This document shows, piece by piece, positions 1 to 10,700 of a stretch of DNA of 64,000 nucleotides. The notes under the pieces were generated by a model. It made no database searches. It saw only the letters and a list, made by a program, of their open reading frames with translations, and was not told the origin of the DNA. The position numbers and the translations under genes were made by a program. The DNA comes from Dehalococcoidia bacterium (GTDB taxonomy: Bacteria; Chloroflexota; Dehalococcoidia; Plut-88900), in the NCBI GenBank assembly GCA_965197645.1, contig OZ240219.1, positions 672,001 to 736,000 on the forward strand, in the 5' to 3' direction. The first letter of the stretch is position 1. The number at the start of each line of letters is the position of its first letter.

Positions 1-68
1 CCTCTCCCTTGGCAAGGGAGAGGGGAACAGGAAAAGAGATTTGGGGGCACAGCCCCGTTGGACTCCCC
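1..68. repeat. REP-like hairpin plus GGGGGCACAGCCCC..GGACTCCC module
   Basis: CCTCTCCCT-TGGCAA-GGGAGAGG hairpin; the GGGGCAC..GGACTCCC module recurs near 1830-1950 and 36865-36921. Confidence 0.5.
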
Positions 69-82
69 ATCAAACAGGTCTC

Positions 83-892
83 TCACTTGCTCAGCCAGTA
101 CTCCGCAATGTCTATGCCCCGCATGAACTCCACGTTGGGGTGGGAGCGGGCGTACTTGATCAGCTTCTCCACTGCCAGCAACCGGCTGGGTCGACCGCTC
201 ACCTGGGGGTGCAGGGTTACGGTCATGCACCGGCCATACTTGTAGATGCCGTCGAACTCCGCGGCATAGGTCTCGAACACACTGTCCGGGTCCTGCATGG
301 CGGAGCGGACATCGGCGGCGGGCATGAAGGCGAAGTACCCGAAGTCGTCCAGCGCCCATTTGACGGGCACTTCCACCAGCTTCTTGCCGTCTATCTCGTG
401 GATGTAGGGTGCATCGTCGTCCATCATGCTGGTGTCGTAGACGAAGCCATACTCGGTCAGCAGCCTTAGAGTGTTGGGGCTGGAATCGAACACCGGGGCG
501 CGGTACCCCTTGGGCTTTTCACCGGTGATGTTCTCCAGCGCGGATATTCCCTTCTCCAGGTACCCGGTCTCGGTTTCCAGGTCCACCCCACCAAGAGGCT
601 CGTGCATATAGCCGTGGTGCGCTACCTCGTGACCTCTCCGCACCAGATCCTCCACCATCTCCACGTGGGTTTCGGCGACGTAGCCGGGGACGTAGAAGCT
701 GGCTTTGATATCGTATTCGTCCAGCAGGTTGAGAATGCGGGGGACGCCCCGTTTGGGCCCGTACTCTGCGAGGGTCATCACGCTGGGCCGGTCGGCAAAT
801 TCGGGGTTTCGGCTCAGCCATGAGCTGACTCCGTCGATATCGAACCCCAGGCTTATGACGCACTGTGTGTCTCCGGGCCAGATTCCCGCCAT
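83..892 (-). CDS. polysaccharide deacetylase family (CE4, HpPgdA/PuuE-like), copy 2
   Basis: FDIDG, HHGYMHE, GYRAP, YDTS and LHPQ motifs. Confidence 0.9.
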   Translation of the reverse strand: MAGIWPGDTQCVISLGFDIDGVSSWLSRNPEFADRPSVMTLAEYGPKRGVPRILNLLDEYDIKASFYVPGYVAETHVEMVEDLVRRGHEVAHHGYMHEPLGGVDLETETGYLEKGISALENITGEKPKGYRAPVFDSSPNTLRLLTEYGFVYDTSMMDDDAPYIHEIDGKKLVEVPVKWALDDFGYFAFMPAADVRSAMQDPDSVFETYAAEFDGIYKYGRCMTVTLHPQVSGRPSRLLAVEKLIKYARSHPNVEFMRGIDIAEYWLSK

Positions 893-893
893 T

Positions 894-1721
894 TTATCCC
901 TCCCCGTCGGGGTGTTCCTTGAGCCAGTGTTCGGCGATGTCCACCGCCCGCATGAACGCGGCGTTGGGGTGTCGCTTGATGTGCTGTATCGTGCGCTCCA
1001 GGCTTGCCAGGCGGCTGGGGTGGCCGGTGATCTGCGGGTGCATGGTCAGCACGAAGCACCTGCCCTCTCTGTACAGGCCATCGAACTCCGAGGTCCACGT
1101 CCTGGCCACGCTCGCGGGACTGCACATGGGCCCCCGGATGCCGGCGGCGGGCACGAACCCGAAGTAGGGAAAGTCGTCAAGCAGCCAGTGGATGGGAAGC
1201 TCGACGATATCACCGTCCTTGGTGTGCCAGATGTAGGGAGCGTCGTCGTCCATCAGGCTGCTATCGTAGAGGAACCCGTGTTCGGCCAATAACGGCCCCG
1301 TGTGCGGCGTCACGTCCCACGAGGGCGATCTGTACCCCCTGGGTCTCTGCCCGCTCAGTCCTTCGAGGATATCGATACCCTTCTCCAGCACCTCCCGCTC
1401 CTCAGTGGGACTGAGGCGGGCGGGGGGCTCGTGCATGTAGCCGTGGTGAGCGATCTCGTGACCCCCGGCTGCCAGCTCCCTGACCATGTCCGGGTGGGTC
1501 TCGGCGACGTAGGCCGGGATGAAGAAGCTGGCCTTGATTTCGTAGCTATCGAGAAGCTGGAGTATCCTGGGGAGCCCCGTTTTGGGCCCGTACTCCCCCA
1601 TGGTCATCAGCCCGGGCCGGTTGGCGAAATCGGGGTCCCTGCCGATCCACGAGCTCACCCCATCGACATCGAAGCCCAGGTTGACGGCGCATTGGATGTC
1701 ACCGGGCCACAGTCCAGCCAT
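894..1721 (-). CDS. polysaccharide deacetylase family (CE4, HpPgdA/PuuE-like), copy 1
   Basis: FDVDG, HHGYMHE, GYRSP, YDSS and MHPQ motifs; tandem paralog of 83..892. Confidence 0.9.
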   Translation of the reverse strand: MAGLWPGDIQCAVNLGFDVDGVSSWIGRDPDFANRPGLMTMGEYGPKTGLPRILQLLDSYEIKASFFIPAYVAETHPDMVRELAAGGHEIAHHGYMHEPPARLSPTEEREVLEKGIDILEGLSGQRPRGYRSPSWDVTPHTGPLLAEHGFLYDSSLMDDDAPYIWHTKDGDIVELPIHWLLDDFPYFGFVPAAGIRGPMCSPASVARTWTSEFDGLYREGRCFVLTMHPQITGHPSRLASLERTIQHIKRHPNAAFMRAVDIAEHWLKEHPDGEG

Positions 1722-1829
1722 GTTCGAGCACCTCCTCGAGGGATACGCTTGCCCGTAGTTTACACCCTTGCATATGAGCCTGTCTCACCGGGACGTGTTA
1801 GTCAAACTCTCCCGCGCTGGGCGGTCTTG

Positions 1830-2125
1830 TAGCTGGGGCACATCCACCCCACCCAGGTTAGTTTGCCCTCCCCCCACCCCGGGACGTTATAGATATTAGG
1901 GACACATTCCCCATGCCTCTTGCCAGAGGGAACCCCTCTGGACTCCCTGGATATGCGCAGCTGGAGATAGGTTCAGTGATCGCAACGATGACCACGGTCA
2001 GACTGAATCCATACTCTCGTCATTGCGAGCCTCGACAAAGTCGAGGAGTGGCAATCTAGCGAGGGCGGGTAGAGCTACCTTTCAAGAGGGCTAGGCTGTC
2101 TTCCAAGTGGGCGGGACTGAGGCAT
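1830..2125. repeat. composite REP/MITE-like intergenic element
   Basis: Contains GTCATTGCGAG..GTGGCAATCTAGCGAGGGCG and GGGGCACATCC..GCCAGAG..CCCTCTGGACTCCC modules shared with 14505, 36733, 44130 and 60011. Confidence 0.75.
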
Positions 2126-2161
2126 CCGTTGTTGTGAGAAAGGCCCATGTAGATGGAAACC

Positions 2162-2554
2162 CTACGTGTCCTGGCGGTTGGCGAAGGCGGAGATGGCATC
2201 GTAGATGCGGAGCATCTCTCTATCATCGGGTTCAGCCCAGTAGTAGGGCTTGATGGCCTCGCCGCCGAGGGCGGCCACCAGCTCCGAGTGGTCATCGATG
2301 CAGAAATCGGGCTCAACGGGAATCCTCAGGCGTCGCAGCCCGTTCCGGTAATCGTAAACCGGCTTCATGAAGCAGTCGGTGACGTACTGCCGGAGATCGT
2401 GCTTGTCGATCACGTCCCATCGCAGACCGACGCCGGACCAGATGTAGATCGTGTGGCCGTCGTCAATGAGCCGTTGAAAGACATCGTGGACGAAGGGTCT
2501 CAGCTTACCGTTCCAGGCGATGATGGTATCGTCGACGTCGAAAAATACGTTCAT
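2162..2554 (-). CDS. small HAD-superfamily hydrolase-like protein
   Basis: N-terminal FFDVDDT (DxDxT) and later IDD; ATG overlaps the prmC stop (ATGA). Confidence 0.7.
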   Translation of the reverse strand: MNVFFDVDDTIIAWNGKLRPFVHDVFQRLIDDGHTIYIWSGVGLRWDVIDKHDLRQYVTDCFMKPVYDYRNGLRRLRIPVEPDFCIDDHSELVAALGGEAIKPYYWAEPDDREMLRIYDAISAFANRQDT

Positions 2555-3390
2555 CGGACTACCAGCACCCTTTCGATACCCGCCAGGTCCTTCACCAGCT
2601 CGACCTCCGATCCGGGAAATGCACTGCAAGCCAGATCTCGCACCCCATGGGCCTGGTCGTATCCTATCTCCATGAGAAAGGCACCGCTCGGCTTCAGCCG
2701 GTCCCGGACCTGGGGCAGCAGCCGTCGGATCACGTCCAGTCCATCGGCGCCGCCATCCAGGGCGACCCGGGGTTCGTGCTCTCGGATTTCGATGGGGAGC
2801 GACGACAGATCACGCCGGTTGACGTAGGGAGGGTTGGACACGATGACGTCCACCTGCTCCGGCACCGGCCGCAGTAGATCGCCCTGCAGCAGCCGCACCC
2901 GGTCCTCTACACCGTAGGCCCGGCAGTTTATCGCCGCGACCTCCAAGGCCTCGGTGGAGAGGTCGGTGGCGTAGATGGTGGCTGTGAGCAAGTGTCTGGC
3001 CAGCGAGACGGCCACCGCTCCGCTACCTGTCCCCACTTCGGCGATGAGGGGCCGCTCCAATGCGGAGGAGCTATCCAGCGCCAGCTCCACCAGGAGCTCG
3101 GTCTCGGGTCTGGGTATAAGCACCCTCGGATCGACGTGCATGTCCAGGCCGTAGAACTCCCGGTGATTGGTCAGGTAGGCCGTAGGCTCTCCCACCGTAC
3201 GACGTTCGACCATCTGGTCGTACTCGTCTTGCGCGTCGGCAGGGATAGGCTCGAGCAGGTCGGCGTAGAGCCGGGCCCGGCTCACCGACAGCAGATGGGC
3301 CAGCAGCACCTGGGCCTCCATTCGGGGGTCAGCTACTCCCTCACTGAGCAGCCGAGTTTCCGCACGATTGAGGGCATCGCGGACCGTCAT
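2551..3390 (-). CDS. prmC: release factor glutamine methyltransferase
   Basis: LIPRPETE, GTGSG and NPPY motifs; directly downstream of prfA. Confidence 0.95.
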   Translation of the reverse strand: MTVRDALNRAETRLLSEGVADPRMEAQVLLAHLLSVSRARLYADLLEPIPADAQDEYDQMVERRTVGEPTAYLTNHREFYGLDMHVDPRVLIPRPETELLVELALDSSSALERPLIAEVGTGSGAVAVSLARHLLTATIYATDLSTEALEVAAINCRAYGVEDRVRLLQGDLLRPVPEQVDVIVSNPPYVNRRDLSSLPIEIREHEPRVALDGGADGLDVIRRLLPQVRDRLKPSGAFLMEIGYDQAHGVRDLACSAFPGSEVELVKDLAGIERVLVVR

Positions 3391-4469
3391 GCAGCCCCAC
3401 CGGCGTGTACCTTCTGCAGGTTCTGCTCGCGCTCGTAGGCCGCCAAGGCGTCTACCATCCCGTTCATCTCTCCCTCCATCATGATCGACAGGCTATGGAG
3501 GGTCAGTCCGATACGGTGGTCTGTAACCCGGTCCTGGGGATAGTTGTAGGTGCGGACCTTTTCCGCCCTGTCCCCGGTCCCCACCTGGGAGCGGCGGGCC
3601 TCGGTGATCTCCTCCTGCTGCTTCCGGTGCTCGATGTCGTACAGGCGGGCACGGAGCACCGCCATGGCCTTGGCCTTGTTCTTCATCTGGGAACGCTCGT
3701 CCTGGCAGACGGCCACGATGTTGGTGGGCAGGTGAGTGATGCGGACGGCTGTCGCCACCTTGTTAACGTTCTGGCCGCCGTGGCCCCCGGCATGAAAGAT
3801 ATCTATCTTCAGATCGGATGGGTTGATATCAACCTCCACGTTCTCCACCTCGGACATCACGGCCACGGTCACAGTGGAGGTGTGGATGCGGCCGCTGGCC
3901 TCGGTAACGGGGACCCGTTGTACCCTGTGGACGCCGCTTTCATACTTGAACTTGCCGAAGGCGCCTCTCCCCCTGACCCCGAACACGATCTCCTTGAACC
4001 CCCCGATCCCGATCTGGTTGGTATTGATGACATCGACCCGGAACTTGTTGGTTTGTGCGTACCGAGAGTACATGCGATACAGGTCGGCGGCGAAGAGGGC
4101 CGCTTCGTCACCGCCGGCGCCCGCCCGTATCTCCATGATCACGTCCTTCTCGTCCCGGGGGTCCCTGGCTATTAAGGCCTCTTCGATCTCCGACTCCAGC
4201 CGGTCTCGCCGTCTCTCCAGCGCCTCGATCTCCAATTGAACGAGGTCTTTCATCTCATCGTCCAACCCGTCTTCTAGCAGGGTCCTGGTCTCTTCCAGCT
4301 CCGTGGCCGCGCCCTTGTAGTCCCGGTACTTGGTCACTACCTCGTCGATGGAGGCGCGCTCTTTGGCCAGCTTCTGCAGCTCGTCGGGATTGGTGGAGAC
4401 CTTGGGATCGGCCATGAGCCGGTCCAGCTCTCGGTACCGTTCCTCTACGTTCGCCAGCTGCTCAAACAT
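3387..4469 (-). CDS. prfA: peptide chain release factor 1
   Basis: GGQ motif, PVT tripeptide, RTYNYPQ. Confidence 0.97.
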   Translation of the reverse strand: MFEQLANVEERYRELDRLMADPKVSTNPDELQKLAKERASIDEVVTKYRDYKGAATELEETRTLLEDGLDDEMKDLVQLEIEALERRRDRLESEIEEALIARDPRDEKDVIMEIRAGAGGDEAALFAADLYRMYSRYAQTNKFRVDVINTNQIGIGGFKEIVFGVRGRGAFGKFKYESGVHRVQRVPVTEASGRIHTSTVTVAVMSEVENVEVDINPSDLKIDIFHAGGHGGQNVNKVATAVRITHLPTNIVAVCQDERSQMKNKAKAMAVLRARLYDIEHRKQQEEITEARRSQVGTGDRAEKVRTYNYPQDRVTDHRIGLTLHSLSIMMEGEMNGMVDALAAYEREQNLQKVHAGGAA

Positions 4470-4560
4470 CTTTTTGTTCCGACTCAGCTACGTGGTTCAA
4501 CGGTGTATCGCTCGTGACTATGAAGTCCTGTACCATCGGAATGCTCTTTCAGCTGCATTC

Positions 4561-4587
4561 AATAGAAAGCCCCCGACATTCGGGGGT
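4561..4587 (-). terminator. probable intrinsic terminator after hisS
   Basis: CCCCCGA-CAT-TCGGGGG hairpin followed by a T-rich run on the minus strand. Confidence 0.5.
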
Positions 4588-4625
4588 CTCTTGACCTGGA
4601 TTATATCAAAAGCGTCACAGCCTCT

Positions 4626-5888
4626 TCAAAGCTTTAGCTTGACCAGTTCCTCCACCACCGATTCTCTGGGCACCTCCCTCTGCTCGCCCTGGGCCATGTC
4701 TCGCAGCACGGCGACACCCTTTGCCATCTCCTGTTCGCCCAGGATCACCACGTAGGGAATGCCCATATTCCCGGCCTGCCTGAGCTGTGCCCGAAGGCCC
4801 TTGCCGGCCGGCGCCATCTGGGCGCCCACACCTTCCCTGATCAGGGTAGAGGACAGCTTGATCGCTTCGGCCTTACCCTCGTCGCCGACGTAGGCCACGA
4901 AGACTGCCGGGCCGGGAATCGGAGGCGGTTCGATGTTTTGCTGCTTGAGACTGAGGATCACCCGCTCTATCCCGATGGCGAAGCCCACGCCGGGCGTGGG
5001 CCGGCCTCCCAGCTCCTCGATCAAGCCGTCGTAGCGCCCCCCACCCCCCAGCGCGTTCTGCGCTTTATCCTCTCCGGTCTGCACCTCGTACACGGTACGG
5101 GTATAGTAGTCCAAGCCACGCACCAGCCGGTGGTCCAGGGTGAAGGGCACCTCCATCAGGCGCAGGAACTTGGTCAGCTGCTGGAAGTGGTCCCGGCAGT
5201 CGTCGCAAAGGTAATCCACGCTACGGGGGGCGCCATCGATTAACGGCTGGCAGCTTTCCATCTTGCAGTCCAGCAGGCGAAGGACGTTTCTCTCCAGGCG
5301 TCCCTTGCATTCCCGGCACAGCTCGTCGACGTGTTGGGAGTAGTACTCGTTAAGTGCCTGCAAGTAACCGGGTCTGCAGTTCTGGTCACCGATGCTGTTC
5401 AGCAGGATCGAAAGGTGCTTCAGTCCGAGCTCTTGGAAAAGCCGCCAACTCACCCCGATAACCTCGGCGTCGACGGTCGGGTTGGGGTCGCCTATCGCTT
5501 CGACGTTGAGCTGGTGGAACTGCCGCAACCGTCCCACCTGGGGCCTGGAGTAGCGGAACATGGGTGCGGCGACAGAGTACAATCGCACCGGCTGGGGCTG
5601 ATTGTGGAGACCGTGCTCCAGGTAGGCTCGACATGCCGCCGCCGTCTCTTCCGGTCGGAGGGTGAGGGTATCGCCCCCCTTGTCGGTGATGGTGTACATC
5701 TCCTTCTCTACGATGTCGGTCACTTCACCGACGCCGCGCACGAACAGCCCGTAGTTCTCGATTATCGGCGTATCGATGCGGCCGTATCCATAGCGGTGGC
5801 ACAGGGAGACCGCCGACTGCTCGAAGTATCGCCAGTAGGCCTGTTCCCCAGGCAGTATGTCCGCCGTTCCTCTTACAGCTTTATACAT
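4626..5888 (-). CDS. hisS: histidine--tRNA ligase
   Basis: LRPEET, RQFHQ, RGLDYY and GGGRYDGL motifs. Confidence 0.97.
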   Translation of the reverse strand: MYKAVRGTADILPGEQAYWRYFEQSAVSLCHRYGYGRIDTPIIENYGLFVRGVGEVTDIVEKEMYTITDKGGDTLTLRPEETAAACRAYLEHGLHNQPQPVRLYSVAAPMFRYSRPQVGRLRQFHQLNVEAIGDPNPTVDAEVIGVSWRLFQELGLKHLSILLNSIGDQNCRPGYLQALNEYYSQHVDELCRECKGRLERNVLRLLDCKMESCQPLIDGAPRSVDYLCDDCRDHFQQLTKFLRLMEVPFTLDHRLVRGLDYYTRTVYEVQTGEDKAQNALGGGGRYDGLIEELGGRPTPGVGFAIGIERVILSLKQQNIEPPPIPGPAVFVAYVGDEGKAEAIKLSSTLIREGVGAQMAPAGKGLRAQLRQAGNMGIPYVVILGEQEMAKGVAVLRDMAQGEQREVPRESVVEELVKLKL

Positions 5889-6098
5889 AACGGATGCTCC
5901 TCAAACCACGGGCTAGAATACAACCGCGCACGGCAACCGACAAGGCCGATTTTATCTTCTGACGAAATGTGTTAGAATATCGTTGACTCCGAGACCGAGT
6001 TGAAGGGAATTTCCGCTGACGTGTCAAGGTATATGCCGAGGACTAATGCGGTGCCTGTCGGGACTGAGGAGAAATTTTAGTGCTAGGAGAAGCACCGC

Positions 6099-6341
6099 AT
6101 GAACATCTACGTAGGCAACCTCGCTTATGAGGTAAACGACGACGACCTGAACGCAGCCTTTGCCGAATACGGCGAGGTCTCTTCGGCCAGGGTCATCACA
6201 GACCGGTACTCAGGCCGTTCCCGCGGGTTCGGTTTCGTCGAGATGGCCAACAACGACGAGGCCCAGGCGGCCATCAGCGCCGTCAACGGCAAAGACCTAA
6301 AAGGCCGGCCGGTGAACGTAAACGAAGCTCGGCCCCGCTAG
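6099..6341 (+). CDS. RRM-domain RNA-binding protein
   Basis: IYVGNL (RNP2) and RGFGFVEM (RNP1); AGGAG RBS. Confidence 0.93.
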   Translation: MNIYVGNLAYEVNDDDLNAAFAEYGEVSSARVITDRYSGRSRGFGFVEMANNDEAQAAISAVNGKDLKGRPVNVNEARPR

Positions 6342-6398
6342 GGCCCCGCTCTCCCAACAACACCGATTAAGGCCATCCCCGGCGTTCTTCTAGCCCCG

Positions 6399-7643
6399 CT
6401 ACCTGGGCCGGTTGCACCAGTCCAACGCGGTGAGCGATAGGACCTGGGCCACCTGAAGTATGTGGCTCACGCTGACCCAGCCATCCACCTCGTCCGGGGC
6501 GTCTCCACCGCCTCTTGGGCCGTAGAGACAGCAGGGTATTCCCGCCTCCAGCAGGTGCGACGTGTCATTTCCAGCGTAGGACTGGGGTACCAGCGCCCCC
6601 ACCTGTTCGGGTTCGTGCCCGGTGAACTTTTTGTAGCTCCCCGCCAAAGTGCGAACGATGGGTTCGTCGGGGGACACCTCGAAGGGGTTCATGTACACCC
6701 GCTGGACCTTGTATTCGGCAGGGGGTGGGGTCTCTATCTCGTACCTGAAGTTGGGGTCCTCGGCGGCAAGACCATCGAGCACGGCCTTGATGTCGGCTAC
6801 GGCCATCTCGGCCGTCTGGCCGGGCACGGTGCGAATATCGGCGATGCAGGTGCAGAAGTCGGACGTGAAGTTGGGACCCCGCATATCGTGGTCCCGGCCC
6901 CGACCGGCGAGCATCACCCCTACGATGATCCGCGGCATATCGGGCAGCCCAGGATGGGGTGGGTAGTTGAACTTGACGTTCTTCACCGCCGGCACCACCT
7001 TCAGCATCATGTCCAAGGCGTCGATAGCTTTGTCAGCCTGGCTCATGTGCTTCGATAGTCCCAGCGTGTGAATGACGATCTCGACCCAGCCCACGTGGGT
7101 GGTCAGGATGTTGTCCTTTCCATAGGGCTCGGCGACTATGGCCGCATCGGCCGTGAAGCCCTGTTGGATGGCGTGAACCGTGCCAACTCCTCCCTGGAGC
7201 TCGCCCACGACGCACTCTACGATCAGGTCGCCCTTGAGTGGGGCCTTGGACCGGCGGATTGCTTCGGCGGCATGCACTATCGAGGTCACGCCGCCCTTCA
7301 TGTTGTTGCCGCCGCCTCCATACAGCCGATCGCCCTCATGGCTGGGGGTGAAGGGGTCCCGCTTCCATCCCATGGCCAGCGGATCGATATCGATGTGACC
7401 GTTGAGAATGAGGCTCTTGCCCCCACCGCTCCCCTTCAGCCTGGCGATGGTCTGAAACCGGCCTGGATCGACCTCCTGTAGATCTACCTCGTAACCACGG
7501 CGTCGGAAGTAGTTGGCCAGGTATCGGGCTACCTTGGTCTCCTCCGTCTTGAAGCTGGGCATAGATATCAGCTTGCTGCAGAACTTGACCAGCTCGTCCT
7601 CTTTGATCTGCCTCAACACCCTGTCTTTGACGACCTGCTCCAT
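6399..7643 (-). CDS. M20 (ArgE/DapE-like) amidohydrolase, non-canonical metal site
   Basis: NGHIDID, NMKGG, VGEL and AEP motifs. Confidence 0.88.
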   Translation of the reverse strand: MEQVVKDRVLRQIKEDELVKFCSKLISMPSFKTEETKVARYLANYFRRRGYEVDLQEVDPGRFQTIARLKGSGGGKSLILNGHIDIDPLAMGWKRDPFTPSHEGDRLYGGGGNNMKGGVTSIVHAAEAIRRSKAPLKGDLIVECVVGELQGGVGTVHAIQQGFTADAAIVAEPYGKDNILTTHVGWVEIVIHTLGLSKHMSQADKAIDALDMMLKVVPAVKNVKFNYPPHPGLPDMPRIIVGVMLAGRGRDHDMRGPNFTSDFCTCIADIRTVPGQTAEMAVADIKAVLDGLAAEDPNFRYEIETPPPAEYKVQRVYMNPFEVSPDEPIVRTLAGSYKKFTGHEPEQVGALVPQSYAGNDTSHLLEAGIPCCLYGPRGGGDAPDEVDGWVSVSHILQVAQVLSLTALDWCNRPR

Positions 7644-7740
7644 GGACTCACCTCCTAGAAGTAATTCCTTAGCTAAAACACTTCCGGTGCTGGTTTCACG
7701 CCTCCGACTCTTCGTCCAAGGCTTCTATGAAGAGGAACCC

Positions 7741-10700
7741 TTACTCGTACCGCAGTGCTTCGGCGGGGGCGATGTTCGCCGCCTGGCGAGAGGGCAGGAA
7801 CGTGGTCAACAGGGAGAACAGGTATCCTCCGGCTGCCACGAGAAGTATGGTCCCCCAGGGGAAGACCAGCTGGATACCCGGCTCTTCGCTACGGATGTCG
7901 GCCACGATGTTGACCGAACTCACCAGTCCCAGGGCCAGTCCCAGACCTATGCCGAGCACGGCAATGAAGGAGGACTCCGCCAGAAACGTCAGCTGCACCA
8001 TCCGTCCGGAGAAGCCTATGGCCCGCATCACGCCGATCTGGTGACGGCGCTCCACCACCGCCCTGGCGCTGACGACACCCAGGGCGGCAATCCCAACCAC
8101 CAGGCCCAGGGACATAAAGGCGATGAGCAGATTGAAGAAGGACCGGTTGGCGGCCTGCAAACCCTCTATCGTCTCCTCTATATCGATCGTCTCCAGCCCG
8201 TGCTGGAAGAACGCGGCCTCCAACCTGTTGGCAGATCCATCGGTACCCGGGTCTACGTTGAAAAAGAACTGGGTAGCATCGATGTCCCGGTCCAGATGGG
8301 CTTGCAGGGTGTTGGATGAGGTGAAGATCCCGAAGGGCAGAGACCCCTGGGAGGCGAAGACGTCCAGAACGCCTATGATGGTCAGCTGTAGGGTGGTGTT
8401 GCTCTTCAGGTCCCGGACCTCTACCTCGATGGGCTCCATGGTCTCATTCTCAATGTAAAGGCCTTCCACGCCGTTCAGGGTGAAATCCTCAAAAGATATG
8501 TCGAAGGCGAAGTTGTTCCTGGAGGGGACCAAGAGGGCATTCACCACCGCCAGGCCCTGGTTGTCCCGGAGGTCCCTCCAGACTTTTCCACTATCGAAGC
8601 CGGAGCCCGTTGCGTATTCAGCGGTGGCTAGCTTTATAGAGAAGTCGTTGGAGGCCACGAAGTCATCGTCGACTCCGGTGATTAGGGTATCCTCGAACTC
8701 CCCTTTGACGGCCTGGTCCAACCTGGCGTCGGCCTGGGGGATCGTCCTGAAGGTGCCTACCGAGGGCTCCCCATTGACCCTGGACACGAAAGCCAAGTCG
8801 GGATTTTCTCCGACGGCCTGGCCCAGATCGGGCACGGGGTTCACGTCCGCCACGGACAAGGCCATTACATCGTACCCGCCTCCAAGCCTGGATTGATCGT
8901 CCAGCAGACGATTGAATCCTTCGATAGTGGTGGACATCACCGTGACGGAAAAGATAACCACGGCGAAAATCGCTACCGAAAGCCCCGTTCGAAAGCTGAA
9001 CCTGAGGGGATAGGCAACGGAGGACTTGATGATGGGGGCCAAGCGTCTGAACCGGCCCAGGGTGGCCGACGCTGTCCCCAGCACAAGTGACGAGTTGCTG
9101 ATAGTGGCTAGGACGGCCCCGGTAACCAACATCGCCGCGGAGACAAAGAAGATGGAAAAATCCTGGTTCCAGTCCTCTCTGATCTTGTCTATCACTCCGG
9201 GAGGCAAGAGCCAGTAGGCCACCAGGAAAAGCCCGGTGCCCGTTAGGACCCAACGTTGGGCGACTCCTAGCCATCTAAGGACCATGGCAACGCCAATGGG
9301 AACCAGTGATACTCCCAGACCGAAGGCGGTCGCCTGTGCGGAGCTGAAGCCCACGATCAGGACCAGGACTCCCACCACTGTCAGGATAACTCCCCAGATC
9401 AGGGCCTTCTTGCCCGCCCGGTGCATTTGAGGTTCGGGGATGTCCCGGATGGCTCTGACGATGTTTAGGCGGCTTATGCGCCTGGAGGCAAAGGCTACCG
9501 TCGCCAGGGTGATGACGCTCCCTACGAAAAACGAGACCAGGACGCTGGTGATCTCTACGTGGGCAGAAAGGGCGAAATCGTCGGTCTGGTCTTGCTCGAA
9601 CGCTCCTGCGGTGACTATCACCAGAAGGAAGCCCAACCCGATGCCAACGACTACGCCGACGATGGCGGAACCCAGACCATAAATGGCCCCTTCGGCCATG
9701 AACATGCGGATCAGGTGGCGGCGCTGCATTCCCACTGCCCTGGCCATGCCCAGCTCCGCCTTGCGCTCGGCGGCAAGCATGGAGAAGATGAGGAATATTA
9801 GCAGCAACCCCACACCGATGGAAAAGAGCCCGAAGGTGGTGAAGAAGGAAACGAAGAGGGTGCCCAGCTCGTTGGCGAAGTCTATGAGCTCCCTCTTCAG
9901 GCCGAAGACCTCCAGCCCGGCGTCTTTGATTGCGGGAAGATCGCCGATGCGCTCCACAACGGCGGAGGTGAGGTCCACGCCGCTGAACTCATCGCCCCGA
10001 TTGGAGATCAGGACGGAGGTGAGCTGGCCCTCCAGACCCAGCAGAGCTTGAGCCCGCTCCAGGGAGACCAGGACTACAACGTTCGTCGAGTCTCTCTTGA
10101 AGTACCATCCGTCCACCACAGCCTTGACTGACATCTGGGTCAGCTCGTCGGGACCGAGGGCTACTCCCAGCACGTCTCCCGGTTGGGCGCCGATCTCCCG
10201 AGCGCCATCCCTATCGATGTAGACCTCGTCGGGACCGAGTGAAGCCAGGTCTATAGTGCGGCCATCGGTGTCCACCAGGGTTTCGAACGCTGCGGCCCTG
10301 GCCGGGTCCAGGCCCGACAAGAGGGCGTTTACAGTGAACTGCTGGCTGCGTATGTTAACGGCGCCCGTCTGTTCAACCAGGGCAGGAAGGACGCCGTCGA
10401 TATCCGGGTCGGAGTCCAGGACGGGCGCTATCTCGTCAAAGATCGACTCGGAGAACACCTCCGGCAGCGCTCTGCCTTCCCACACCTCGGAGTCCTCGTC
10501 TATCTGGATGATCTCGTCGAGGGAGAGCAGGTTGTCGGTAACGCTCTTCTTGATGCTGAAAGTAATGGAGTCGCCGGTGGTAAAGGCGCTGGTGATGATA
10601 GCCGTCGCCAGCATGAGACCGACGACAATCAGGACGCCCCGGGCCGGGCGTCTGGTAACGTTGCGCATAGCCATCCGGACCAGTACCGGGTCTCTCAGGG

